A stretch of DNA of 64,000 nucleotides, taken from the NCBI GenBank assembly GCA_973895155.1, contig OZ316898.1:20037292-20101291 (forward strand), read 5' to 3'. The position numbers and the translations under genes are program-made. Numbering within the stretch: the first letter of the stretch is position 1; each line of letters starts with the position of its first letter. This DNA comes from Marsupella aquatica. Its lineage: Eukaryota > Plantae > Marchantiophyta. Under the pieces are notes generated by a model. That model saw only the letters and a program-made list of their open reading frames with translations, ran no database searches and was not told the DNA's origin. Shown in pieces: positions 13,841 to 26,899 of this stretch.

Positions 13841-16800
13841 TATTAGGTTTGAATTGGTATGGAATCATGCCTTTCATTGCAACAATTTTTGGGTTTTTTT
13901 GTGGTCTTTGATATGTTGTGCATATTTAAATTTGACTTTTTTGTGTCCAAATAAAGTAGCTGCCCTAGGTCTCCCAATTCTAGATGCTAGGGGATGCTGA
14001 AAGTTTTGTCCCAAATTATTTTATGAATGACATGGTGGATTACTATGATGATTTTCATGTAGAGGTGTGACAAAGAGATTTGATAAAGAGAGAGTCTCAT
14101 ATACAATTTTTGTGTCTAATTCGGAATCGAATGTTGATTACTAGCATATGCTTAGAGTTTGAGTATTTTGGGACTTTGATCTATATTGATATGACATTAC
14201 ATTAGGACTAGGATGAAGATTTGAAAAGAGATTTTTCACATAGAATATATCCATACACATTTACAAGGTAGTTGATTCTCATCCAATAAACTTCAAATAT
14301 TGTAATTATAATATTTTTTTCTCTTAAAATTTCACTTGCCATAATGAGCAACTTCAATAAACTCCCAATACAAGCATGAAATTTTCATGTCTATGTACTT
14401 ATATCATAGGTTTCATAAGTCAGAGGTAAGTTCATATATATTACCTAGTACATTACATAAAACAATAGATATGCAACATACATGATATCTAGTTATTGTA
14501 CACAGTACATAATAAAAGTTTATAACGATGAGATTTAGTATGTGATCATGGTACATATTTTTTCTTCTTTGCTATGTAATATTGTAACTGCTATTTCAGT
14601 TATATTTTTTCACTCTGAGTCTCTTCATATTTTTCAGTTACACTACTCCATTAAGATCACGCCAGTTTCTTCAGTCCTAAAATTGATTATACAAGTTAAG
14701 AATTTAGAATAGACTTCAATTTCACTGCTCCACTACGAGAGTGGGTGTTGCTATCTAGTCCCCAATTGATTGTATATGTTTTCGTAAATCATTGACAATC
14801 GACACAAACTGTGAGTTATTCTCTAGTGTGCTTTAAAATCTCCACTGATTTGTGTTACATTGGAGCCTGGCACTTATGCTATTTTTTAATGTCATCAATA
14901 GCAGCATGGTGACATTATGATCAATTACAATCCTGGTCTAGCTTACAAAGCTCTCATATCATAATCTTCAATTGTTATTTTTTGCGATCATCCTTTGCTC
15001 TTTCGTTTGCTTGTGTCAATTGCTCTTAGAGTTCTACCTCTTTGCTTTCAAGGATCTGGGCAGTTCTTTTTGTTACACAATATTATTTGGCCTTTGGTTT
15101 GATCTTCTGTCCGAATTTGTTTCTCAAGAATCAACGCAAAATTATTGGATTCAAGATTCAATCACTTGAGATGGTGAAGTGATATTTTGTGTGTAAAACG
15201 ACTGGATGTCATTGGTGATGCTCATCCATTGATTTCATTTCATCACCATGGTATTGCCATTCGGTTTCATCATCAATTTATTGTTCTTCTTCTTTGCATT
15301 TGTAGTTGTGCAACAGTTTTTGACATAACCAGTGATAATTCTCATTTGGTTAAATTATCAAAACTTTTTTGTGATCTCTACTTGCTTTGTGTCTAAAGTA
15401 GTCCTTACTCCAACAATCACAATTCTCTTTGTACTTTATAGCAACCTAATAGTCTATGTTTATAGCCTGTGTGAGTGAACAAAAATAGTGTGTAAACTTT
15501 ATTCAAGAAAGCATTCGGTGAAGGAACATTTGCAACGAATTGCTAATATTGATCTTCACCTCAAGTTTGCAAAGATATATGTCATAAGCTTCACTATCAT
15601 TGTGACTATGCATGCTATTTAAATTGTTTTGTTTTGGTCAACGTATACACAACTTTGCATTCACCTAACTATTTATTGCTATTTTTTCTGCTAAGCTCGT
15701 CAGTTGTGAATTTTTCTTGGTCTCATGATAGGTCTTAAAGTAAATAGACATCACAAAATTGGCCAATACCAAACCATGGTTGAATTTCACTTGGTTTGTT
15801 TTCAAGCCCTCTACAGTCTATGGGTTTACTTACACATGACATCAGGCCAGTAACTACAACAGAGACACATATAGGTAGTATAGTTCCATCGGGTTTGAGA
15901 GTGGTTGTTCGTCATGCATCCGATCTATGGTAACTTATTCTCCGTGTTACGATGAGACAGACCATAATCCAGTGTTGGTTTGATGGGATTGTAAAGGAAA
16001 AGTCAGCACTTCCGATTTCATGGGAGGGACAGACCATGATTGAGAATTTGACTAATTAGATCAAACCCGATTTCATGTGAGTGTTGGACATTTTTGTGAA
16101 GGACATCTTGTGACTCGGTCATTTCTTAGAGATTTAAATTGATCCATTCATTAAGTTTCAAGGTATTAGTTGTATTTGTGAATGGATTGTATGTTATGAT
16201 TCAGTCTCTCACTTCCGTAACCAAGATTATTGTCATGTATTATTCTTATTACTATAATTCATTAGTGGTTGGACTATATCCATCAATATTAGGCATGAAT
16301 GAATTGAGTGAATCCATCATACCCTGGTCGGAACGTATCCTACTATCCACACAACCTAGTAAAATTTTGACATCAAAGTATTCAAGTCAATTAACTTGTC
16401 ATTAGGATAGATGATGCAAGAAAGAGTGTATAGATCTCATTTGTTTTCTTTGCTTATAATTGTGAGATTTGCATATATGCAAGTTACTTTTAAATGAATT
16501 CCAATTCTCATCAACCCTATCTTTTTTGGGGGGTAGAGTCACCCTAATTTGGTGAGTTTATGTCTCACACCAACAATATATGCAGGTCTCACAAGAAAGA
16601 CTAGAGTTAGGATAAAAAAATATTTCACTTAAACCCTCTTACTTATAAAGTCAATATGGCTTGAAACAAGAATTTTTATAATGAAGAGAACACTTTAGGA
16701 GGACAAGGGGGTTGACCTAAAGAAGGACCAAGTAAAGAAAAAAATTAAGGTAGACCTCAAATCGACCAAGTAAAAATTTTTACCATGAATTTGAGCAAAG

Positions 16801-18459
16801 GAAATTTTTTTATCCAAGATTTGTAAAGTTATTGGAAAAAATGAGAAAAAAAGCTTATCACTTCTCCATAGAGACCCTAGTGAAAGAATATGGAGAAACC
16901 TTTCTAGTTGAAAATCTTCCTATGTGGGGAAAAGAAAATTTATTAGTGAAAGACAACAATGATGCTCCACTATTGTTTTATTTGAGAGATTCTTTACGAC
17001 GCCCATTTAGAAAGAAAAATCTCACTCTTGATGGACTAAAAACTTTAGAGAAATTCATCATTCAATATCCCCTTAATAACCCAAAAAGGGGATCTTTGTC
17101 ACAAAAGCAAGAAAGAAATAAAAGATAAGAGAGTTCATCATCTAGCTTTGTAGCATGAGATTGGACATTAAAAAGATCTAGCTGTTATATCAGGTGATAT
17201 GATAAATAGAGGGTGGAAGTTAAATATATGCATGAGATTATTTTGAGAATTCACCCCATTATTCAAAATATATGAATATTATTTGAATATGTAAATAAGA
17301 AAAATTATGATAAGTATAGAAAAATATTTTCTTAGTATGGAAAAGTGGTGCCAAACCTAGTCACTCAACGCCTTCACCAATCCCAGCACTCATGCTTAAG
17401 TGTCCTTGGTGCCCGAATGTCTCCACGGAATACCTCAAGGCACCCTAGTGCCCCTTGCACCACCAGCGTCCCCCCATACGAAGTTGCACTTGCTCTCCTA
17501 TACGATCGCTACTCAACGGTCCTCATTGTCTCTTGGAAATTTTTGTTGATCTTTAATTCAACACAATTTTGTCTTTGGGACAACTTGGTCTTCAGCACAG
17601 CTTCGTCTTCGACACAACTTCGTCTTCGTTTTTGGCACAACAAAAATCTTGGGTTAGAGCTTGTGACAAGTCTAGACTCAGCTCTCCTCGGTCATATACA
17701 AATATGCTGCAACTTTGGTTTCTCTCTCATTAGCCCCCCAGGGAGACACTACTCCCCTCATATATGTTTTTGGAGACCTGTCACCCCCGGACCAACTTTG
17801 GTCCCTAAACATTTTGGTCTCCAACCCGGATCCTATCGCATATAATGGGTTACCAATTAGTTGTTTGTCGCTCCTGTTATTTTTTGGACATGACTATAAT
17901 TGAAATTTTAAAAACAATTATGAATGATTGATATTTTTACAGATTACCCATGCCACTCATTTAAAAAACCCTTCAAGATGAACAAATGTTTGCTAAAGGA
18001 GAGGGACAAAGAAATAGATGTGCAATGAGGACTGACCAACCTTAAAATATTGCAGAAGAAATAGTATCCTGTGTGATACAACATGGGCCTACCTCTAGGT
18101 ATGAATTAAATTGATTATTTTCATATTAATTGTGAGTGAAATTTTCACTTTTGAATTGAAAATAATAATTTATGTTGTTTTTGTTCATTATTAGGGGACC
18201 GCTTCCAAATAAAGATATCATTGTGTCTTCGCAAATCGAGATCAACCCACCACCTCAACGCACAAGTCGTATCGCACGCCTCCCAACTATATATGATAAC
18301 ATTTGTTGAATTTTAGTGAATAGATTAAACTTATAGCCTTATTGTTTGACTTTTAATTATATTATTTAATTTTTTATTTTGTTAAATTATTTGTTGTTAG
18401 AAGATTGATTAAGTTTTTGAGTTGGTTTTTTAATTATGAATATGATTCTACTAATAAAG

Positions 18460-19950
18460 TTAGTTACTTTGCACTTCAACTTGCATCCACCGGTGCTAAT
18501 ATATCTGGAGAAGTATATGATAATATAAAACATCTTAACATTTAAGGTGGGATCTATCATTTTATTGATTCTCTATTATATCCTGAAGTAGGGTAACCCC
18601 CAAAATTTGCTCAGCTTAATATTTATGACATTGAGCACAAAATAGAAAATAGAGGAAAGGTTATTATGCGTGAGCATAATGCATATGTGAGATCATTTCA
18701 AACTATAGCATGTGAGGTTGATAGTCAAAATGTACGCATACTACTAAAAGCTAGCAAAAGAGGTCTTGATGCTAGATGTTATATAACTTGTCGGTAGTGT
18801 TGGAGGTCGCAGCCATTATTCTGAGAGATGGAAGTGAGGAAGTTGGTCCATATGATATAATTGTATATTTGCCTGGAGGAGTTTATCATATATTTGACCT
18901 CAATCAGGCATATATTCTTTTGCATTTTGTTATACTATTTCCATACAATGAGGCAGGATGGCATATAGGCATTCAGAAATATAATTTTTCTATAGTAGAA
19001 GAAAATATTGTTATGGGAATTGAAGAGGATGTGGTGGAGAATATTATTCATGGGAGAGGTTACAACGACATGATCGATAATGATACACATACAGATACAG
19101 GGACAAGTAATATAATCCCTTTGAAGTTTGCTTCATTTAGGTTTCATACAAGGGAGGATAATCCTACAATGTGCATGAATGGTAGTAGGTTGACATGTTT
19201 TGATCGGCTTTATCAAGAGTACATGGTGGATGTTTAATATGTCATTATTCCTTGAAAGAGACCATTTTATAAATTTTGATTGTTCCCCCGTAAAAAATCC
19301 CACGGGAAGGGCGAACAGTGAAGAAGGCCCAAAAAGGCCAGACAACAGACCCGGCCACAGGGTAACCCCCACAAGTGTAGGGGCAGACCAAGGGCACAGG
19401 ACCTTATTGAGAGACATTTTTGTATAATCTTCTACTAGCAAGGGTTAGATGTAATGGGCATATTACTTTTGTCGTGACATCATCGGGGATTGTAGTCTTA
19501 TTATTATAGAGAGGTCGTGCGGTACATGCGCGTTTCAAGATTTCATTCATTGTTCACAAAAGCTCTACTTGCAAGTAAGAAATTGAAATTGTAATCATAG
19601 TGAGATAGAGTTTATGAAAATACTAATAAGTGGAATTCCAAGCTATTGGTTTGGAGGATAATATATAAATTCTATTTTTACTAATTACTTTTGTGATAAT
19701 TGTGTGCAGCATAGTAATGGAAAGTGAAACTGTATGCTTGATCCTATCCGCATTATTGATCATATGGGATAAAGTATCTACAACTCATAGACATGTCTTT
19801 GAGACTATTAGTCGGACACTTCAAGATATCATGAAGTGCAACTTGCCATTTGGGAGAAAATTAATGATCTTTGGTGGTGGTTTTTGTCAAGTGCTTCATG
19901 TTGTTTGACACGTAGATCAAACAGCCATCATTTGAGCCACCTTCAAAAGA
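18460..19950 (+). pseudogene. Helitron Rep/PIF1-helicase relic, internally deleted, many stops
   Basis: N-terminal Helitron motifs: GGIYHFIDSLLYPEVG*PPKFAQLNIYDIE, YNLSVVLEVAAII, LHFVILFPYNEAGWH, RLYQEYMVDV. PIF1 motifs: VTSSGIVVLLL*RGRAVHARFKI and LIIWDKVSTTHRHVFETISRTLQDIMKCNLPFGRKLMIFGGGFCQVLHVV. Confidence 0.88.
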
Positions 19951-20604
19951 TCTTCTATATAACTCCAATTTAGACAAAATTGTACTTTCTAAAATCCAGA
20001 ATTGATAATTTACATAATTTAAATTAAAAAATATTACATTTAATTCAAAGAATCTAACTACACCTGAAAAGGTGGTAGGGAGTGGGGAGGGAGAAGGGGG
20101 TATTCAATAAGTGTCATTTATCATCACATGATTCATTGTTTGACACATGTCAGTAATTATTGGTGGCTTAATTTTTGAGCTTCTTATTTGTTTTGAAAAA
20201 TTTTGTCAAACAGTGATTACATATGGACGTTTGCATTGAATACAACAATTTCATACTTAGGTGAAACATTTAAAGGTACTAGGGAGAAATTCAAAACAGA
20301 ACGGTGGCCTAACACTACTCAATGTGTGTACAAAATCTACACCAAAATAGGCTTGCAGCCAATCATGGCTATGCGTATTGCAAGGTGAGGTTGCTTTTTC
20401 TGAGGCTCAACTTTCTTTACCTGGTCCCAACTTCACTTGTCCCAACACTTTGACCTTTGGTTCCCTGGGTTGGCGCCCTCTTTTTGCTAACTAAATGAAT
20501 GGAATTCTTTTGGTTTTTCAAGGCAAAAAAAGAATGTGCCCCGAATACACTGATCATGTAACACATATACTGTAAGTCTCATCAAAAGTATATTACAAAG
20601 TCAA

Positions 20605-20950
20605 CCCACAATCCGCGGGGCGTAGCTCACAAGCACTACAATGATTGAGATGTTTGCAAGCACTATAATGAGAAATAATGTCCACAATCCGTGGGGCGTA
20701 GCCCACAAGCACTACAATGAAAAACAATGTCCACAGTCTGTGGGGCGTAGCCCGCAAACACTACAATGAGAAACAATGTCCACAATACATGGGGCGTAGC
20801 CTACAAACACTACAATGAGAAACAATATCCACAATCCGCGGGGCATAGCCCACAAGCACTATAATGATTGAGATGGTCACAAGCACTACAATAAAAAACA
20901 ATGCCCACAATCCACCGCGCGTATAGTCGCCCCCAAGCACTACAATGAGA
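20605..20950. repeat. ~49-bp tandem array (about 6 units) downstream of the outer FCP1 gene
   Basis: Unit ccacaatccgcggggcgtagcccacaagcactacaatgagaaacaatgt. Confidence 0.9.
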
Positions 20951-22904
20951 GTAGTCTTAATACAAGAAATTTTTTTATTGTAATCAGTGAAAATTCATAC
21001 ATAATATGAAAGCATTGATTCATAGTCTTTCATCAATGGACAAATGAGACTTAGTCTATATGATCTTTGTGAGTAGAAACTTTTAAGTTTCCATTTTTTT
21101 GAAAATTGTCCTTTAGCCTCTTTGACCAAATAGGGTAGTTGAATTTTATGTATCGATGAAAGTCTGACATACCATTTGAGACTGAAAGCTTTTGAAGATA
21201 AGGCATGAGAGTTTTTTCCAAAAACTGATCATAGAGACCATAGAATGGTTTAGGGTGCAATGATGAATAATATAACGACCCAAAACTTATAGATGTCGGC
21301 TCTCCAATCAGGACTACATTCACTAGTAGAAAACATGGTTGTTTATGACCGCAACAATGACTACCCACATGGTCTTTTTATCAAAACAATGACGCATCCG
21401 TTTCCGTCTTTCTAGACGCGTTGCATTGGACATTTGCGTCACGGTCTTTTTGGACAAATGACGCAAAAAATGTGTGGTCATTTCATGTCGTCCGAAATGA
21501 CTTAACTTACAATTTGGTCATAAATGGTGAACGGTCTGAAATGACCAAAAAAATCACCGTCGATAGTCAATCATCTTTCACCGTCAATAGTCTCCGTACC
21601 CAATTATACAATGCCATGTGGCAGTTAAAGAACATAGATCAATTGTCATTTTGGACAAGTCCAAAATGACGCATAGTATGTAACAAATCAAGTAGTGACA
21701 CATGGCTCAAATGGTATTCACCATGAGACAATAGATTTAGGTTATTTTGGACTTGTCCAAAATGACCTACTTAGAGACAAGTCATATGGGGGCACGTGGC
21801 TGAATTGAGAGTAGACACATGGAAATACATATGTCTTGAATGACTTGAGACGAGTCATATTGGACATAAATACAGATGTTCATAATGACCATGAAATAAG
21901 TCATTTTATATGTCATTTTGTGGGTCATTCAGGTCATATTTTAAATGACTTGAGTTAAGCAAATTTAAGTGGTCATATTGGACACAAACAAATGTGTATG
22001 AAGTGACCATTCATTATGTCATTGTTTGTGTCATTCAAGAGTCATGCAGGACACTCATCCAATAGATTTGCTGAATAAAAGTTACAAAATGTCATTACTA
22101 ATAATAGACATTCTCTTCATCCAAGGTACATGCATTTAAGTCAAGCAATAGTTATTCAACTCAATACAAATTTATGAAACAAAATGTCATTGAAGAAAAA
22201 CATACAAATAGTATTATCAGATGGATTGAATGTTACAATTTGAAATACATAACAACTTTTAATGTCTACAGAAAAACAAAGTTGTCACTCGTTCTACAAA
22301 ACCTACATCTATCAAGCCTACATAAACTGTTTCTTGGCCCATCTAGAATTCCACAATGCAGTGAACCAAAAATCCATTGATTGTGTACTGTGGGCATCAT
22401 TTGAGAGGTAGGTACTTGTTACATATTCATCTAAGAATTACCTACCGACCAGTCTTTGACGCCCCTTGTAGATTGCAAAACTTCTGCAGCTCTTCATTGT
22501 CAGCATTCTCCAACTCCATCCTACCCTAGCGGTAACAAAAATGTCAATTCCAGAGTAGAGCTCATCCCAACGACGCATTGGTAAGCCTTATTGTCATCAA
22601 GAACTAGCCACGTTAACAAGTAGAATATTGTTATTCCCATCATGAGATGACATATCGTTCCAATCTTTAGGTCGAAGCATCTTTGGGGAGAGCACAGCCA
22701 ACATTGAAATTCTAAATAAAGATGCCAGATAACTGAGGAGTGCAGAAGGCCTCTCAAAAATAGCCTCTTGTCACCAAAGTTGAACATACAGGAACAGAGT
22801 ACCGATAACTTAATTTCACTTCCGTCCAGGTACTAGTCATAGAGAGGATCTATTATTTACCAATCAGAAGTGCACCCAGCAAAGGGACCAGGGCCCATAA
22901 ATAA

Positions 22905-23990
22905 ATTTGGAGAAGGGAATCAATACACATTTTTCTAGGGTAGCACAGGGACCAATGGTACCTCGTTCCTGCAAGTACATTGACACATTCACTTTAAATA
23001 TACCATTGCATGCCAACAAGTTAGTAAAAAATAGCAATTTAAAACAAAGCTTATCAAAACATGTATCCCTGTCAGAATTTCACATAAAAAGTTGTATCCT
23101 TCCTGGCTTTAGAGGCAAATAACCAAGTCAACAGTCAACAATGAAGTCTGTTAGTAATAAATAATACTTGATAGTTGATAGCTTCATGATACTGGGAACT
23201 ACACGGAAATGTGTCCTTGTTAGAGTCCTTGCAATATATTATCAGCTCTGCAAGATCCTTTGACAGTCACTATCTGCAACATAAATTTTAGTACTGCAGT
23301 TTGGACATATTCATTGGACCAATCCTGCCATAATTAAAACATGACTGTGAAAATACCACAAGCATGAAAACTTACTTGAAGACACGATTGATTCCAGTAA
23401 CTAGCAAAGGTTTCATCCATCCCTGTTTCTTCTCATGGCTTTATTCCCCGATTCTTGGTGTACCCAACACTACCCACCCACAATGTCAAACGAGAGTTTT
23501 GACGGTGCATATATACCAATCATCGACCATGGTCTAATGTTCAATTATCTGTATGATAGAAGTCAGATAAATCTCATTCCACTGAAGCATGTCATATATA
23601 CTTGAAGACGAGACTGGTAGGGTGAAAGCTATTTCTTCTTATTGAACTCTGGGCCTTTCTACTTGTTGATTAATAAAAGCAGGAATGCAATAGTTTGCCA
23701 CATCAATTTTTTTACAAAACCTCAGTCAGACCTAAAGCTAGGTCACTAGATTGGAGAAGGGAAAGCACCTTTTCTAGGTGGCACAGCTACCAGTGCTACC
23801 TTGTAGCCTCATGCCCTTTGACACATTCACTTAAAATATAGCACTGCCAGCAAGTACAAACAAAAATATTAAACACAAAGCGTATGCAAGTACTTATGAG
23901 TCCTTGTAAGAATTTCACATAAAAAGTTGTGTCCTTCCTGTCTTTATAGGCAAAGCACCATGCAACAGTCAAAGATGAAGTTGGTTAATA
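22905..23990. repeat. Diverged ~250-bp direct duplication inside the CACTA
   Basis: ttggagaagggaa...ttttctagg...tgacacattcactt.aaatata...agaatttcacataaaaagttgt.tccttcctg.cttta.aggcaaa at ~22905-23150 and ~23750-23985. Confidence 0.8.
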
Positions 23991-24399
23991 TACTCAAATC
24001 AAACCTTAGCCATCCAGGAGGAATAACATGAACTAAAGATAGAGAATGATGAAAAAATAAAATCAACAGAATTTAGTGAACTCACGGTTACCATCCCAAT
24101 TATTGAGTAGATGCTCAGGCAGCGCCCTCACACTAGCTACCTAGCTATTCAATTTCAATCCACAGTCCTCGACAACTACAATATATAGAGCAAAAATTTC
24201 AATGTAAACCGTGCCATTTGAATTCCCAAAGAATCTAATAGCTTCTCTTCATCATAAGTGCCCCTAGGCTGTAGAGATGTTCCAAAAACTTTACCATGGC
24301 TGCCCTGGAGTTCACCTTGAGGGCTTATCTATGAAGTCAAAACTAAGAACATTGTCAGTTCCAAGAGCTTTTAGCTGCAAGACTACATTGGCTTACTAC

Positions 24400-24520
24400 A
24401 TCGCTTGATTTCTGGCACTGTCACAAACAGTGAATCTATCACAAATTGGATCCCTGGGATATAGAGAGATGTCTCTACAATATTAGTGGCCAGCAGAGAG
24501 AGTCTAGAGCCCATCAGATG
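24400..24520 (-). pseudogene. Captured DEAH-box RNA helicase fragment
   Basis: GSRLSLLATNIVETSLYIPGIQFVIDS resembles DEAH motif V (RKVILATNIAETSLTIPGIxYVID). Confidence 0.7.
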
Positions 24521-26899
24521 AGATCTTATGGAGCAAATAGACACGACATTTAAAGCGTTGTCCCAAGAGTTTTGAGAGCTGCCACTGGGTACAATTTTAC
24601 TGTGCACATCCTTCAATCAACAGATTTTGAAGCTACAACTTGCTGCTTATTTTTCTCCTTGAATGCCCAAAAACTTTAGACTCACATTATAAGTGAATCA
24701 TGAAACAGTGGTGATACACTACACATGACTAATGAAAGAAACCCCACAAACCGTACCCCAAGCCATCAATCCCGCTCTAGCATGATTTAATATCTACAAC
24801 ATAACCAACAAAACGGTATGTTTCTCAAATGCCATAGAAATATTGATAATATTTCAAAATTCATGCAAAAGGGAAATACAACAGCATTTACGACATGACG
24901 CTCTTTGCCGGCCAGCAAAAACATCCCAAAGATCTTGGCATTTAGGATCGAGTCTCCTCCTTCAGATCATTAATAATACAGCGAGGGATCCCAAAATCTA
25001 CTAACATGTCGATTGCCACCGGTCGAATGTGACCAAACATTGACAAACATTGGGTGATCATTTCGAGGATCGAGGAATCATCGATGCTGCTATTTGATCC
25101 AAAGCATGATATACATTGAATATCAAAATTTTCTCCCCTCTTCAAGTGGAGTATATATTATCGGAGAGAAGATGTACGGGAAAAATCAAAGTGGATGGCA
25201 GGGGCTGTCTAGAGAAAACACAAGGGAAAGTTCAATGCAATTGCAAACTAGCGATAAGGGCTCAGTCGGCGGACACTGGCAGTTGCAACTACAACTAGTT
25301 GATTAGAATCAAACCCACCCTAAAATTTGTCGTTTGAATCAAGAAGCCGAGAAGGATAATAGGACGCAGTTGCATGAAGCTCGATCCATAGCGAGAGAGC
25401 TAGAAGGTCTGCAAGCACCAAAGCCTTGAGCGCGGCATTTCTTGCGAGTGGAGATTTTGAAAATACAAAGGGAAGTAACAATATATGTTTTACACTGTCC
25501 GACTCTCCTTATGGACCTGTAAAGAGACAATAAACCAGTGTAAACCTTGGTTTTAGAACCCAACTTGCAGGTCAGCTTGACACCTGAGTCAGTTTGGATG
25601 ACCTTTGAAGTGACTATAAGGGTTGATTCCAAACCTGATATATAAGGGTGCACGTCGTGACTTACAGACCCTGTACACAAGGTGTAAACATGGTGTAAAG
25701 GAGGTATAAATCAATAGTTTTACCTCGTTCTGAGATCCATAAGCCATGTCCTTGACATCTGTACATGTACCTGCTGGAGGGGCTCTGAAAGTGAATAAGA
25801 TAAGTTGATATTGGTTAACACAAGCATACAGCTAAAAGTAGCTAGCCACAACAATGTGCTAGGCCAGGGAACCTAGCTGGACAGGTGATTTTATGTGGTC
25901 TACGTGGCTTAGACTAAGAATTTGGCTCCAGGATAGCCATCCCATGTATAGGCATGTATTGCACTCATGAACATGTCCTAAGCCAAGTAATAACCTTGTC
26001 GGTGGGTGGGGCATGATCGAGCTAGTTGGTGGCAAAATTTTTGAATTAGTAGTTTTAATCATGGCTTTCCTCGCCAACGCTAACTATTTGGGGAGACTGG
26101 AAATTTTTATTCTCTAGCATTTTTTGGATTTGGGGTACTTGTAAACAAAGTGTATAGAGTAGGGTTGTATGATACTATTTAAGGCCCTATTTTGTTGGTG
26201 TCTGATCCTCAATGACACCAACACATGTATCTAATGACTCTTGTTGGGCAGGTGTCATTTGGTGGATATGACTTAAAGTAAGTCAACTTAAAGTAAGTCA
26301 TTTGGTGGATATGACTTAAAGTGCCAATGACATGTATCTAAGTCATTTGGTGGATATGACTTAGATACATGTCATTGGCACTTATGACAGTCAAAAGCAT
26401 GACTGGCTCCAAAATGAAGTCATGTGCTGCAAGTAGTGGTACAAACGGTTGATAAGTTTCTTGTCCCATACTCCTTTTGATGAGTACCATGACTTGGGAC
26501 TAGTTGTTGGGTAACACAAAAGTTTGGAACCCCTAACGTATAAGGTTACTTAGGCTTACTCCACCATACGACAACTATATGTGTGGAGGGGCCATAAACA
26601 TTTTATAAGCCATTACCAATCAACCCAAATGAAATGAAGAAAGAGACCCTTTCCATTGTTGTCCTGCAACAACCTTGTTATCCCCTAGGGCCCACCTCTA
26701 CTTCTAGCCCCAGTTTGGTCATTATAACCTCTTTCCTCAATGACATCATGAGGGAATCCTCTAATGACCCCATTTTGGGTGATTTGGTACTCCCATATCA
26801 TAATCACAATGACATTCTAGGAGGTCATTATTTGGCATTTATGACCTAGAGTTGTTCACAAATGGCCCAATGAAGCACAAGTTTAGGGTTTAGAAATAG

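Noticed and set aside
15900-16025. Minus-strand DFSFTIPSNQHWIMVCLIV resembling a Ulp1 protease His motif
   Set aside because: The frame is short and closes, and no catalytic Asp/Cys motif was found.
20605-20950. CRISPR-like regular repeats (also 60826-61515)
   Set aside because: The units are contiguous tandem copies without unique spacers, the context is eukaryotic, and there are no cas genes.
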